DNA of 64,000 bases from Eledone cirrhosa (GCA_964016885.1 OZ024747.1:15810001-15874000); one strand, 5' to 3'; shown: positions 27,490 to 45,164, counted from the first letter of the stretch. Numbers and translations are program-made. The notes: generated from the sequence alone by a model not told the origin.

Positions 27490-28908
27490 TATACCTGCGT
27501 ATAATATTAATATACACACTACTTAGGTTAGTAGGAGTTAGGTATATATATACCCGTGTCCCGTTAAGGTATTGGCAGCATAATAATTAGCTCCTATGCT
27601 TTGGAGCAGAGCCGTATATATGAAAAAGAACACAAGAGCGTCTACAACATCAAAAGAGTTTTATTGGCTAACAATGTTTCTTCCTTACGTGTAACCGTAG
27701 GATTCATCAGAGCTATAAAAGGGGTTTGATTGGTGTTATGGACTCTACCAACCAAACACCCAAGAACAAAGGGTAGAGAGAGTAAAGAGCAAAAGTAGGG
27801 GACGATAAGTCTAATTTTGTTGCGGGAGAGTGGGGTGTTGGTCCTTGTTTACTAGCTGCGGTCATATTCATTCCCGGGGGTCGGGTGGTTAGCTGAACCA
27901 TAGATGGGGTGGCGTGGGTAGTATGGTGCAGAGGGTGCGCAGAGGCTACACAAACACAAAGGGCGTAGAATACATATATACATATAGCGGAGGAGAAGGT
28001 ACATGAGGTAATTAGAAATGGAAAAAGAGTAATAATAATAATCTATAATTAATAGTGTATAATAAGGCATGGGGAAGATTACACTATAATAAGGTATAAA
28101 GGTAAGAATAAGGTAAAATATAAAAGTAGAAATAATACTAAAGATAAAAAATATATAGAGAATATATAAGGAAATATAAGCGAATATTTGGAGGGGAAAA
28201 CACAATGTAAAAAAACCGATTTTTTTTCCAAACAATAATAAAAAATAATAAAAATATAATAATTATGGGGGGAGAAAACAGGATAGAGAAATATGATCAA
28301 GTGTGATTCGTTGAGAGAATATAGGATGATAACAGTTGTGTCCAGTTTATACATCTTAATAATAAATAATAAACAATATGTGTATCAGAGTTGCAGAACC
28401 TTCAATTCACTTACGGGTTCAAGCCACGTGGCATGGTCCATTGTTTACCTGTGCGGTCATGTGCGTTTGCTTTCGACACCACAGCAGATGCACAAGTTTG
28501 TAAATTCCAATGCAGATAGAAGTCAATTTTTGCTCACCCGGACATTGACCGAGGATCCAATATTCCTAGTTCAATATGTGTTTGGTGTTATTTTGTTCGC
28601 ACAAATCAATCAATTGGTTCAATATATGGAGTATGGTTTCCTGGTCTTCGTGACAGTATCATTGGTTGTATATTTGGAAGTCACAAGGATCACAGTACTC
28701 CGGTTTGGTGTGATTATCGGTCATCCAGCTATGTTGTTGGTGGTTGGATTCAAATCTATTCACCCAAACGAAGGTAGAGTCCATACCACCAATCAAACCC
28801 CTTTTATAGCTCTGATGAATCCTACGGTTACACGTAAGGAAGAAACATTGTTAGCCAATAAAACTATTTTGATGTTGTAGACGCTCTTGTGTTCTTTTTC
28901 ATATATAC
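27490..28908. mobile_element. PLE-derived element with inverted HHR-bearing pLTR arms around a ~1 kb spacer with no recognised ORF
   Basis: 27613-27750 is the reverse complement of 28773-28908. Confidence 0.8.
28802..28863 (+). ncRNA. Type I hammerhead ribozyme (mirror copy at 27659-27720, minus strand)
   Basis: GCT CTGATGA aTCCTACG-gttaca-CGTAAGGAa GAAA CA-t-TG TT AGC. Confidence 0.75.
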
Positions 28909-28920
28909 ACACTACACAGA

Positions 28921-28960
28921 CTAGCAGAAAACCAGCCGAAAGGTGGTTTTTCTGCTGCTA
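28921..28960 (-). mobile_element. Helitron-like 3' terminus
   Basis: Minus strand GCAGAAAAACCACCTTTCGGCTGGTTTTCTG CTAG|T (hairpin plus CTAG). Confidence 0.4.
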
Positions 28961-29344
28961 TAATTTAATTGTGCCTGCCCGAAAAACACTACAGTTTTCT
29001 GGCGACCCGCTTGTGTTATAAAATCAAAGCCAAAGGACTCTTTCTATGGGATTTGTTTGGATTGTTTATCCTTCATATCCTCAAGAAGATATTTCCAGGG
29101 CACAATTACGTGCAAATTAGTACGTCCTTTTCAGAGTTCTTCTCGGAGCAAAAGGGTAAATAATCTCATCTAATACGCGTTTCCTTCTGGGCTTTTAGGG
29201 GATATATACGCATTCTGGTGAGGACTCAACTAGGTCCGAAAATCTATGAAAGTTGTTTATCAATGTTTCCAACTTACTGGAGGATGGAAGATTCTTCTGG
29301 TCTGTTTACATGTCTACATATTAAAAATGTGTATATTTATATAC

Positions 29345-31341
<1,997 letters not shown>

Positions 31342-31423
31342 TGTGAGTATGTATATACATATATACATACATACTCACACACACACAGATATATATATAT
31401 ACATACATACATACATACATACA

Positions 31424-31457
<34 letters not shown>

Positions 31458-31894
31458 CATACATACATACAAACATACATACGTACATACATACATACAG
31501 ACAAACAGACAGACATGCACAAATACGTATTTTTTTGAAACATGTGCTAACTTCAGAAGATCATAATGTAACATCTGCTATTGTGATGAGTGACATTTAA
31601 AATAATTGTAGCGTAAACAAGCAACATGTTATTATGCAAATAAAATTAATGTATTTTTTCATAATAATAAGTATAAAAAGAAAGAAAGTCTAGAATCTCA
31701 ATCTAATTCATCTGAAAGAATACATATACCACACAAAGAGAAACTGCAAAAGAAGAAAAACACGAATGTGGAGACTCAAGACAATGAAACCTTAAAATGG
31801 CGAATAATCCTGACTCCGATTATATTACCCTAACTTGTATATACACCATATGCACCATATGTACATGCGCATATAGACATTATATTTAGATAAT

Positions 31895-32100
31895 TGCGGT
31901 GGATTGGCAAGGGCGGACGATTGGCAGTATTGATAGAGGGTCGGACGCCATGCTTTGACGCATTGAGTTACGGCCCTTGCCATTCTGAGTTCAAATCCCG
32001 CTGAGGTTAACTTTGACCTTCATCCTTACAGGGTCGATAAAATAAAGTACCAGTAATACACTGGATTATTGCTGGCCTTGTGCCAAAAGAAGAAACAAAT
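31895..32100 (+). mobile_element. tRNA-derived SINE with duplicated head
   Basis: A box TGGCAGTATTGATAG, B box GAGTTCAAATCC, family tail. Confidence 0.9.
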
Positions 32101-32143
32101 ATATTTAGATAATTGTACCTGTATGTATGAATGTATGTACGTA

Positions 32144-32174
<31 letters not shown>

Positions 32175-32178
<4 letters not shown>

Positions 32179-32708
32179 GATATTAATAAATGGAAACTAT
32201 ATTTATAAAACCATATTTATTTCATTATATATATTTCAAGGATACCAAGTTACAGTATGGTATGCCTCCATAATGTAACTTGGTATCCTTGAAATATATA
32301 TAATGAAATAAATATGGTTTTATAAATATAGTTTCCATTTATTAATATCGTATATCTACTCAAAGGTGACACAGAGGAGACTGAGGTTGGCTGGACATGC
32401 TCACCGACATCCAGAGTTGACATTGCACTCAGTGCTCCTGTGGGAGCCCCTACATGGACACACTAGAAGAGGAAGACCAAGGTTAACGTATGTTGATGCC
32501 CTAAGGACAGACACTGGTCTGTTCGAGATGCAGGACATGGCAGCGATAATGAGGGACAGAGACCGCTGGAGAGAACTCGTCCATGGATCTCGGGAATTTT
32601 ACCCGCCTTAGATAGAGATATCTACTCCGAATATTTGTCGAGTGCTTTATATCAGTTATAAAAATATTTGCTTGTTGTATTCCAACAATTTAAATAAAAC
32701 TTTTGCAT
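32175..32708. mobile_element. Family A fold-back interrupted by an RTE-like LINE 3' fragment
   Basis: Hairpin 32175-32355 folds within HHR stem II. The tail resumes at 32628. Confidence 0.85.
32362..32617 (+). mobile_element. RTE-like LINE 3' fragment with 10-bp TSD
   Basis: ORF 32366..32611. TSD ATATCTACTC at 32352-32361 and 32618-32627. Confidence 0.9.
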
Positions 32709-32726
32709 ATATATATATATATATAT

Positions 32727-32961
32727 AACGAAGGAAATGTGGTAAGGAACCAGGTGGACCAAAACGCACCAAAGTACTCAATACTTAGGGTAGTAGAGTG
32801 GGTAATAGGAACGAGTAGGACCCCGACGGCTGAGCTCAAGCCGTTTCGACGGCTAATTCTGGACTAAATGAACATTTTTATCCAGGAGAATAAAAATGTT
32901 CGTTTAGTCCAGAATTAGCCGTGCGAACGGCTTGAGCTCAGCCGTCGGGGTCCTACTCGTT

Positions 32962-32965
<4 letters not shown>
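32727..32965. mobile_element. pLTR fold-back, family H7
   Basis: Arms 32806-32880 and 32891-32965. The minus strand carries the HHR 3' half GAAA CGGCT-tgagctc-AGCCG TC. Confidence 0.85.
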
Positions 32966-33046
<81 letters not shown>

Positions 33047-34169
33047 GGGAGTTGCAAATCTGACTTCCTATTGTGACTCTCTCTCTCTCTCTGTCTTTCT
33101 CTCTATATATAACAAAAATATATATATATATATATACACATACATAGATATATATATATAAATATAAGTATGCATGTATACGTACATACATATATGTATA
33201 CAGACGTATGGCATAAATTCAGGCTGTTCAGTTTGTTTACAAACGAACAAAGCGACGTTATAATAAGCGCCGCTAAACTGATACGTGCATATATGTATGT
33301 GTACCTGTATGCATATGTATGTATATATGTATATATATATATATATGTGCATGCTACTGTACGTCTGTATACATATATGTATGTACGTATACATGCATAC
33401 TTACATTTAAGTAAGTGCCATACTAAGAGTGAGAAATGAAATTTCGTTTTCATTTTGTTTCAATTTATATATAAATATATATATATATATATGCATGTGT
33501 GTATGCGTGTGTATATGAATACCCGCACACACTTACAAACATATAAAACACATGCACACACGCATATGTACATATATATATATATACATACACGTTTTTT
33601 AATAACATTCTTCTACTATGAAATATGTCTTGCTATGTTTAAAAAAAAATTAAAATTATAAAACTATGGTTACCCATCATATACTCTGGTTATAGCTTTT
33701 TGCTTCATTTCCTCCTTTTTTCTTGTTTCTATCATTTTTTTCGCTTCATTTTCATCCCTACACTCACTGCTGTAGATTTTGTTGTGGAGGGGTGGGGTTC
33801 TTACGCGTAGTTTTGTTCACAGACATTCCTTCTTACCATTTTATTTTGTTCGTTATTATTTTTTTTCATATTTATATTCATTTTATTTACTTCTAAGTAT
33901 TGAGGTATTAGGTTTATTTTTGTTTAATTTTAACTTATATTGAAAAGTTTTTAACATCTTCGATTTCTATATTAACCTTTATTTTTTTTTTCATAGATTT
34001 CCACCCCTGTACCTCTCTTGTCTCATAAATTTTGCGATTTTCCACTCACCCGCACCTATTTGCAAGCATGCACAAATAGATGTAACACCTATATTAATCA
34101 CCCTCTTGCGCTCTCTCGTTTTTAGTTTTTCCTTTAGATATATGTATGTATACAGGCATACATACATGT

Positions 34170-34408
<239 letters not shown>

Positions 34409-35069
34409 TATACACACAGACGGGTATATGAATGTACATGTATATCTTCATTGAACTTCATCGTCTGTTGTGTTTTCTCCGTTTACTTGTCACACACACA
34501 CACATACAAGACACACAGCCTCTCACACACTCACACCCACACATACACACGCACACACACATATATATATATATATCTGTATATATATATATATATGTAT
34601 ATATATGTATATATGTATATATATGTGTATATATATGTATATATATATATGTATATATATATGTATAACAATATATATATAAATATATGTATATATTTAT
34701 ATATATATACAGAGAGAGAGAAAGGGAGGGAGGCAGGGAGAGAGAGTCTGCCGTGCTGAGACAGGGGAGACCACTAATAATGGGAGTACTCAATGCATGG
34801 GGAAATGCAGAGTTGGTATAGAGATATGTAAAATCCTGACCGAGAGAGAGAAAGAAAGAACGAGATGAAAAGTTAGATAAAACTATATAAAAATATGCAT
34901 GAATGCATGGATACATGTAATATCTCTCAGACACACGTACACACATAACTAAAACTCACCTCCATTTTAATCTACTAAATTTACATAATTTATATTCAGA
35001 CAACAACAAAAAGTAATTATACCCATTTCCCAACAGTTAATATTCATTCATGTATAAAAACAGAGGATA

Positions 35070-35347
35070 ATGATCCCACACTCCCTTGTGGGGTGTTAGA
35101 GGCACCGTCAAACGGGGTGTCTAGGGACTTTTAAAACTGGCGGAGCCCAACACTCTTGGATTGAAGAATCCTATAGATGAAGAATCGACCCCAGTAGTGG
35201 ACTAGTACTTACTTTATCGACCTCGAAAGGATAAAAGCGAAGTAAAATAAGGCCGGATTTGAACTCAGCGCGCAATGATGTGGAACGAATGTCGCAAAGC
35301 ATTCTATTCCATCCGACGTCTTAATGACTTTGACAATTCGCCGCCTT
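35070..35347 (-). mobile_element. tRNA-derived SINE, long-tail subfamily (related to 50770-50990)
   Basis: TTTATCGACCTCGAAAGGAT...GGATTTGAACTCAG. Confidence 0.7.
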
Positions 35348-35582
35348 CATTCATGTATACCAAGCTCATATATAGTTTGGCATATTTATTTGTTATTTAT
35401 AAGTCTATTATATAACTTGTTATGCCAATATTCCATATCTTCGAAAATTTATGGTTTCCTTGTCCCACGTGTTAACTTTAATGTAATTATATATTATCTT
35501 TTACAACAATGCATTATGCAACATAGTTAATTTTACTTCACATTGTAATAAGACTTCCTCGTCTCCAATATATATATCTCTC

Positions 35583-35768
35583 TGGATTGGCAGTATCGGT
35601 AGAGGGTCGGACGCCATGCTTTCCGGCATAGTTACGTCCCTTTACGATCTGAGTTCAAATCCCGCCGAGGTTGACTTTGCCTTTCATCCTTACGGGGTCG
35701 ATGAAATAAAGTACCAGTAATGCACTGGGTAATTGCTGGCCTTGTGTCTAAAGTAGAAACAATTATTG
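35583..35768 (+). mobile_element. tRNA-derived SINE, full length
   Basis: TGGCAGTATCGGTAGAG A box and GAGTTCAAATCC B box. Confidence 0.9.
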
Positions 35769-35950
35769 TTTAAGGCAATATGAAGGCAATACATATATAT
35801 ATATATAATATATATAAAATATATATATAAATTAATAAAAACAATGAATAAAAACAAAGAAAACATTTTTGAATACATCTCTTTTCATGATATTTGGATT
35901 ACATTGAGTTCTTCATACGGATTGGGCACTACCGTATATTTTGGTAGATT

Positions 35951-36092
<142 letters not shown>

Positions 36093-36132
36093 GAAACATA
36101 AGTCAATTGCATGAACTAATAATCCTTTATTT

Positions 36133-36188
36133 ACTGCTATATATATTTCGATGATAACCATTGAATGGCTATGACCTCATCAGGCAGT
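36133..36188 (-). ncRNA. Minimal type I hammerhead ribozyme in a ~160-bp insert
   Basis: ACTGC CTGATGA GGTcATAGCCAT-tca-ATGGTTATcATC GAAA TATATA TA GCAGT, with a perfect 5-bp stem I. Confidence 0.88.
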
Positions 36189-36738
36189 TAGTCAGTTCTT
36201 AGATATGCCAGCTCTGTGTTTATAGTGTTGATGGTATCAGAGCCTTGAGACATATATATATATATATATATATATAAGCAAAGAGGTATTTAATTTGTTG
36301 GTTATTCAACAAATTTATTTATAACAGATTCGAAGCACTCTACAGTTTTCTGGAGTATAATATCAATGATATTAATAAATGGAAACTATATTTATAAAAT
36401 ATGGTTTTTATAAATATAGTTTCCATTTATTAATATCATTCATATATATAAATATATATATATATATACACACACAAATATATTTATATTATACACACAC
36501 ATACAGAAACACACACACGCATATATATATATATATACATAAATATATTTATATTATACACACACACACATACATATATATACACACAAATATATTTATG
36601 TTATACACATACACACACGCACACACTGTAGAGTGCTTCTAATCTATTGTGAAACTTTATTCATTGATTGATTCATTGAACCTTGTTAAACTTTTAAGTA
36701 TATATATATATATATACATGCAAAAATATATTTATATT

Positions 36739-36770
<32 letters not shown>

Positions 36771-36820
36771 GTGTGTATGTGTATAATATAAATATATTTG
36801 TGTATATATATATATATATA

Positions 36821-37002
36821 ACGAATGATATGTGGTAAGGAACCAGGTGGACGATAACGCAACAAAGTACTCAATACTTAGGGTAGTAGAGTGGGTAATA
36901 GGAACGAATAGGACCCCGACGGCTGAGCTCAAGCCGTTTCGACGGCTAATTCTGGTAAGCCGTCGAAACGGCTTGAGCTCAGCCGTCGGGGTCCCACTCG
37001 TT

Positions 37003-37006
<4 letters not shown>
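36821..37006. mobile_element. pLTR fold-back, family H7
   Basis: Same family and outer ends as 32727-32965, but with a different fold point (~36952). Confidence 0.85.
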
Positions 37007-37047
<41 letters not shown>

Positions 37048-37139
37048 TAAAATAACAGATTAAAGTTTAAGCAAAGAATCGCTGCTTTCACCCTTAACGG
37101 GATCTTCTGAAACTATATATATATAGTTGGTATATATTG

Positions 37140-37204
37140 TATTTTGTCTGATGAAAGCATACCATAAATTAACATGGTATCCTTGAAATATGTATAATAA
37201 AATA
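37140..37204 (+). ncRNA. Minimal type I hammerhead (family A)
   Basis: TATTTTGT CTGATGA AAGcATACCAT-loop-ATGGTATcCTT GAAA TATGTA TA ATAAAATA. Confidence 0.85.
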
Positions 37205-37244
37205 GATATGGTTTTATAAATATAGTTTCCATTTGTTAATATCG

Positions 37245-37293
<49 letters not shown>

Positions 37294-37944
37294 AATATAA
37301 ATGTATTTGTGTGTGTGTATGTGTGTGTCTGTATGTGTGTGTATAATATAAATATATGTGTGTGTGTATATATATATACGAATGATACTAATAAATGGAA
37401 ACTATATTTATAAAACCATATTTTATAAATATAGTTTCCATTTATTAATATCATTGATATTAGACTCCAGAAAAACTGTAGAGTGCTTCGAATATGTTAT
37501 AAATAAATGTGTTGAAGAACCAAAAAATTAAATACCTCTTTGCTTATATATATCTATATATATACTCTGTAATTTATGTTTATATGTATATATACATAAA
37601 TTACAGAGAAAATTACAGGAAAAGAGAGAAAGAAGTAGAGAAAGAAAAAGATAGTGAAAGAAAGAAAAAAAGAGAGAGAGAAAGCGAGAGGAAAGCGAGG
37701 AAGAGGCTGTGTCTAATGAAGACTACTTTTTCATATATCACTTATTTTTTCCAAGCGCTTACCCTTTGTCCCTTTTACCCCACCCCCGCTTCCCCTCTTT
37801 CTTCATCTGTATGCATGAGTGTATAAACATACATACATGCCTACATACATATTACCACACACACACACACTCACACACATATATATATATAAATATATGT
37901 ATACATGTATGCATACATATATACATTCATACATTTATACATAT

Positions 37945-37994
<50 letters not shown>

Positions 37995-38427
37995 ATGTGT
38001 TTGTGTGTGTGTGTGTATGTGTGTATATATACATATATACATATATACAGATATGCAGAGATACATACATATACCTACATATATACATACATATATATAC
38101 ACACATATATACATACATATATATATATACACATATATACATAAATACATACATATATTCAAATATACACATACATACATATATATATATACATGTACAC
38201 ATACACATATACATACATATATATATATATACATTCATACTTACATATATACATATATATATATACAATCATACTTACATATATACATATACACTACATA
38301 TATACATACATACATTATACATATATTCAAATATACATAAATACATACATACATATACAATACATACATATGTCTACATACATACGTACGTACATACATA
38401 CGCACATACATACATACACACATACAT

Positions 38428-38507
<80 letters not shown>

Positions 38508-38907
38508 TCATTATGCAAATGATTATTTGTAGATAATCAGTGAAACGAAATGATTGCTAAAGAATAAGTCATATATAAAGTTATATCTATGTATTCATGT
38601 ATTTATGTTGATAAAAGAATTGCAGAAAGCCTGGCAAATACTTCCGTGAAAAGATAAAAGATTCATTGAATACAGATTTGTAGCGGTGGGTTGAAAAGGC
38701 ATTCAAGGGAAGTAACTTTTCTTTACAATACGAATACAAATAAAGATACAATGTCGGCGAGTCGGCGATAAAATGAGTTTTCCATATTTGTCGTAAAAAG
38801 GAAAAAAAAGCTGTCTGTACATATATAAGCCCCTTCCACACACACACATCCCCCCCACACGCGCGCGCACACCCACCCAAACACCCACCCACACACACAC
38901 ACACACC

Positions 38908-38978
<71 letters not shown>

Positions 38979-39066
38979 TTATATATATTGTGTGTATGTG
39001 TGCACGCAACACATAAACACACACACACATACACACGCATATATATACGGGACGGGAGAGTCCATC

Positions 39067-39132
<66 letters not shown>

Positions 39133-39181
39133 GTGTGTATGTGTTTGTGTATGTTGCACGCTTACACACACACAGACACAC

Positions 39182-39223
<42 letters not shown>

Positions 39224-39412
39224 ACACATTTATATGTATAATATATTATCACTGACAAGTCTTCTATAAACAATCACGCGGAAAATTAGTCGAATGTATT
39301 TGACTACATAAGTTGTAAAGAATATTCCAGACGTTTCTTGGGTCTATTAACTTTCCATACATGTAAAGGAACTTTATGTACGTCAGTGTATGTTGTGTGT
39401 TTATTTGTGAGA

Positions 39413-39484
<72 letters not shown>

Positions 39485-40108
39485 ATAAACGTGCTGCGTG
39501 GTTGCTAATGGGTTACATATGAATAAAGTTAGTCCTTCATCAGTGATCTTCCAACCATCATTGGTATTTCATCGCTTTAAAGACCATAGACCTCCGGTTG
39601 GTGCGAGCAACGGCTAAAAAAAGTCGTTGGGACACGTAATTAAAGGGGACACGAGTGTAAACAAACAAAGATGGTGAAGCAACGAAAAGTGAGGAAGAAG
39701 GAGTCAAGTCCCAAATTTCTATGAATTTAAATTCGGTGAAATCATGAACGAGAGAGAATAAAGACCATCAAACCTGGTTGGAATGTGAGCAAGGAAGGAA
39801 TTCCGTACAGGTCTAACGGGAGGAAGAAAGGATCTAGTCTGTGAATTCGGTGAACGTAAGTTCTGTGAAATCGTAGACGAGAGAAAGAAAAAAAGCGACC
39901 TGCCAGACCAAGGGTGCGAAAGAAAAGAATTACGCACAGGTCAAACGGGAAGAAGGAGGAGGAGAGGTAGTAACAGAGAATGAGTGAGTGAAGGGTGAGG
40001 AAGAGGCTAACAGAGAGAGTGACTGCTAGAGAGGGTAAAGATACAGAGAAAGAGGAAGCATATATATATATATTTATCTCTGTGTATGTGTGTCTATGTG
40101 TGTGTGCC

Positions 40109-40458
40109 TTTGGTACGCTGTCATCAGATAAAATACGAAGTGTGTTTTATAAATTTTGACATAACCAAGGAGAATATACCTTAACAGTTCAAGTTTTCCT
40201 TGAACCGTTAAGGTATATCCTACCTTGTTATGTCAAAATTTATAAAACACACTTCGTATTTTATCTGATGATACCGTACCAAAATGTTGGTACCCTTGAA
40301 ATATATATAATAGAATAAATATGGTTTTATAAATATAGTTTCCATTTATTCAATATCATTGTATATTATACTCCAGAAAAATTGTCGAGTGCTCTGAATC
40401 AGTTATAAACATTTATATTTGTTGAATTACCAACAAATTGAATATCCCTTCTGCTTAT
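40109..40458. mobile_element. Family A-related fold-back with HHR at 40257-40317 (+)
   Basis: Arms 40109-40194 and 40199-40283. CTGATGA...GTACCAA-aatg-TTGGTAC...GAAA TATATA TA. Confidence 0.82.
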
Positions 40459-40650
40459 ATATAAATATATAGATTTCAGTATCTGTGTGTGTATTTGAAT
40501 AAAAGCTGACTCCCCTTCATAAGGTTCTTTAAGGGTCTTTCCCGCTAATTGTGTCCCTCCTTATTTCTTCCTTCTCCTTTTCTCTTTTTATCCCCCCCCC
40601 TCTCTCTCTCTATCTCTCTCTCTCTATCTCCCTCTCTCTCACTCTCTCTC

Positions 40651-40697
<47 letters not shown>

Positions 40698-40792
40698 GTA
40701 TGTATTCATGCGGGTTCGAAAATGAGAATCCATGACTCCCTATTCTCTATCTCTGTGCGTGTGTGTGTGTGTACGTATGTATGTATATATAC

Positions 40793-40823
<31 letters not shown>

Positions 40824-40911
40824 TGTATGTATGTATGTGTGTATGAATGTATATATATATATATATATACATACATTCATACACACATACATACATACAT
40901 ACATACATACA

Positions 40912-40990
<79 letters not shown>

Positions 40991-41400
40991 GTGTGTTTTG
41001 CATAATTGCGTGTTGCTGCGTGGATATGTTTGAGTTAATCTGTATGAGAGAATATTTGTGTGCTTCTTTTAATGTGTGTGGTGGGTAATGTGTGTGTATA
41101 AGTGCATACATATGTGTAATGTGGGCATACGTGTGTATATGTAAAGGAGACATATTATATGATAGTTTTATGTTTCTGTGCAGGCATGTGTGTGTGAATG
41201 TGTATGTATGTGTGTGTGCTTAATTTCGTGTCCCTGTGCATCTATATGTGTCTCAGTGTGTATGTATGTGTGTTCCAGCTTACATATATGTATGAGTGTG
41301 TGTGTGTGAGACTGTTAGTGGATATGTTTTGTACCAGTATGTATAACAGTATGTGCTTCTGTGCTTGTATATATATATGTATATATACTTGTATATATAT

Positions 41401-41478
<78 letters not shown>

Positions 41479-41486
41479 ATATATAC

Positions 41487-41560
<74 letters not shown>

Positions 41561-41611
41561 AACATATATATATATATAAGTATATATATATGTATATATA
41601 TACATATATAA

Positions 41612-41642
<31 letters not shown>

Positions 41643-41700
41643 CATATATATATATTTATATATATATACATATATATATATATACATACATATATATATG

Positions 41701-41768
<68 letters not shown>

Positions 41769-41782
41769 AGTATATATATATG

Positions 41783-41814
<32 letters not shown>

Positions 41815-41837
41815 AGTATATATATATATGTATATAC

Positions 41838-41918
<81 letters not shown>

Positions 41919-41937
41919 TACAGATATATATATATAC

Positions 41938-41975
<38 letters not shown>

Positions 41976-42404
41976 GGTAAGTAAGCGTGTGTGTACCTCT
42001 ATGAATATTCGTGTGTATGTACACATGTGTCACAACAAGCTGGTATGTCAGTCAAAAGATACGTACCGTCTTGTTGCCAGTATGTTACAATAAGATGTAT
42101 TGAAACGGACCAAGCTGATGTTTTAATACTCACAAGACAGACTGACACTTCGCTTCAAAAATTCATTGAAGCGTATAATTGAGCGTTGCATCGTTAACAA
42201 TGCAAGAAATCTGTCAATTTTTATTGGCAATGGTTACAGTTAGGTCTTTATCAGCAGCACAGTTCTGGCCATCTTTTGGCAAGTACTTATTCGGTGTGTG
42301 TGCCTGTGTGTGCGTGTCTGTGTGCGTGTGGGTGAGTCTTTGTGTGTGTGTGTGTGTATGAATGTGCGTGTGTTTTCTGTGAATGTGTGTATCTATCTAT
42401 CAAT

Positions 42405-42441
<37 letters not shown>

Positions 42442-42467
42442 TGTATGTATTTATATATATATATGTA

Positions 42468-42532
<65 letters not shown>

Positions 42533-42547
42533 ATGTATGTATGTATT

Positions 42548-42594
<47 letters not shown>

Positions 42595-42606
42595 TGTATT
42601 TATATA

Positions 42607-42687
<81 letters not shown>

Positions 42688-42688
42688 G

Positions 42689-42737
<49 letters not shown>

Positions 42738-42752
42738 GTATATATATATATG

Positions 42753-42783
<31 letters not shown>

Positions 42784-42881
42784 GATATGAATATATATAT
42801 ATTTATATGTATATATATATATATTACATGTATGTATACACAAACACAAACACACACACACACACAAATACACGCACACAA

Positions 42882-42981
<100 letters not shown>

Positions 42982-43284
42982 GTGAAAGTGTTTGAATAGA
43001 AATAGTTCCAGTAATTTCAACAAAGAACACACGCACCTCTATTCAGATCTAATCCTTTCTTCTTACAACTAACTTACATATTTCAAAACATTGCGCCTCT
43101 CCGTTATTATGCCGGCATGAAACCGGTACTGTCCTTACAGAGTGACTACTTGCTTGGAGAGTATAATGTGATAAATAATAAATTTAATATTCAATCATTA
43201 GATATAGAAAAATATATTCTGCTTGGCTTATTACCTGTGGACATGTTTGCTGCAGATGTATATATATATAAATATATATATATA

Positions 43285-43738
<454 letters not shown>

Positions 43739-44437
43739 AAGGCGTACAGTTTTATATGCAAAACGTTCTTCTTTTACTCTTTCAAATAGACGCACTCGAT
43801 CACCACCTTTTAAAACAACTTTATCTTACCCGAAACGCCAGCATCAAAAAATTTCTCGGAGGTGGTCACAGGAAAGGACCTATTATTTTTCTCTAAAGCG
43901 TTTTCCTTCGTTTCCGCTACTGCTCGTCTCTTCATTCTTTCTATTTCTTCTTTAACTTCTCATTCTAGTTTCTGATGAAGGAAATCTGCGTCCCATGGTA
44001 AAGCGTTTTTTGATGTATACAGCTTCTTAATTCTGTAAAAAAAAAAAAAACGAAAAACAAAAAAAAAAGGATAGACAATAGTAAATTATCAGTGATTGTT
44101 ACTGTGGAAATTTAAATAGTCTGACTTTTATTGATCGTCTCATAAATTCCTTCAACGTGACCAATCGTATTCTTCCGTCAATGCATGCCATCAACATGAG
44201 GTTTTGTTTTTGTTATGAGGCTGAGATTGTCTTCATATAGGTCACGCTATAGTACACAACAAGCCGCTGACAGCACGTCAACATACAATCCACTAAGTAA
44301 CTTTCTATAGAAACCACATTCGGGACGATTGAGGATTCAAAGGCAATAAGTAATGAAAGATGAAGGGTGGGGAAGACATGGCCTGATATGAAAAAAAAAA
44401 AAAAATATCGAACGAGGTACATTTTATAGTGAAAATT

Positions 44438-44465
44438 GCCCGGCGACGACGGGCTACATTGCTAG
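44438..44465 (+). mobile_element. Helitron-like 3' terminus
   Basis: GCCCGGCGACGACGGGC hairpin followed by CTAG. Confidence 0.4.
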
Positions 44466-44781
44466 CCTTAAATAAAAGAATCGTAACATTGCCAGATATG
44501 AAGAACTGGGAATTTCCTTCATCATAACCTAGAAAATATATAAACTAAAGCACAATATCAATAAATAAGGAAATATATTTGATTGTTTACACTATTGATA
44601 TAATAGAATATTAACAGGCCATTAATTTAATCATGATGAAACACGAACTTTATAGATTCTAAACGAGAAATATAACAACACACGCTCAACTATACGCTAT
44701 GCTAAATTTATCCTTTCATTGAATTATCTTTTCGGCGCTTTTCATTTAGCAATGGCGACGCAGAAACAATAATCATCTTTA

Positions 44782-45164
44782 ATAATTGTTTGTACTTTTG
44801 GCACAAGGCCAGCAATTACCCAGTACGTTACTGGTACTTTAATTTATCGACCCCGTAAGGATGAAAGGCAAAGTTAACCTCGGCAGGATTTGAACTCAGA
44901 TCGTAAAGGGACGTAACTCTTTGCGTCAAAGCATGGCGTCCGACCCTCCACTGATACTACCAATCCACCGCCTTCCAATCCACCGCCTGGAGTTTCTACT
45001 TTTGGCACAAGGCCAGCGATTACCCCAGTGCACCACTGGTACTTTATTTTATCGACCTAGTAAGGATGAAAGGCAAAGTTAACCTCGGCGGATTTGAACT
45101 CAGAACGCAGGGGGCCATAACTATCCTGCAAAGCATGGTATCTGACGCTCTACCGATACTGCCA
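44782..45164 (-). mobile_element. Two tandem tRNA-derived SINEs
   Basis: Copies at 44782-44988 and 44990-45164. Confidence 0.9.

Larger units (their letters stand above)
36275..37548. repeat. Large inverted duplication of family A tails plus adjacent microsatellite-derived DNA
   Basis: 36275-36530 is the reverse complement of ~37310-37548. Confidence 0.75.

Noticed and set aside
35583-35670. tRNA genes
   Set aside because: The A/B boxes belong to SINE heads, and no cloverleaf is present.
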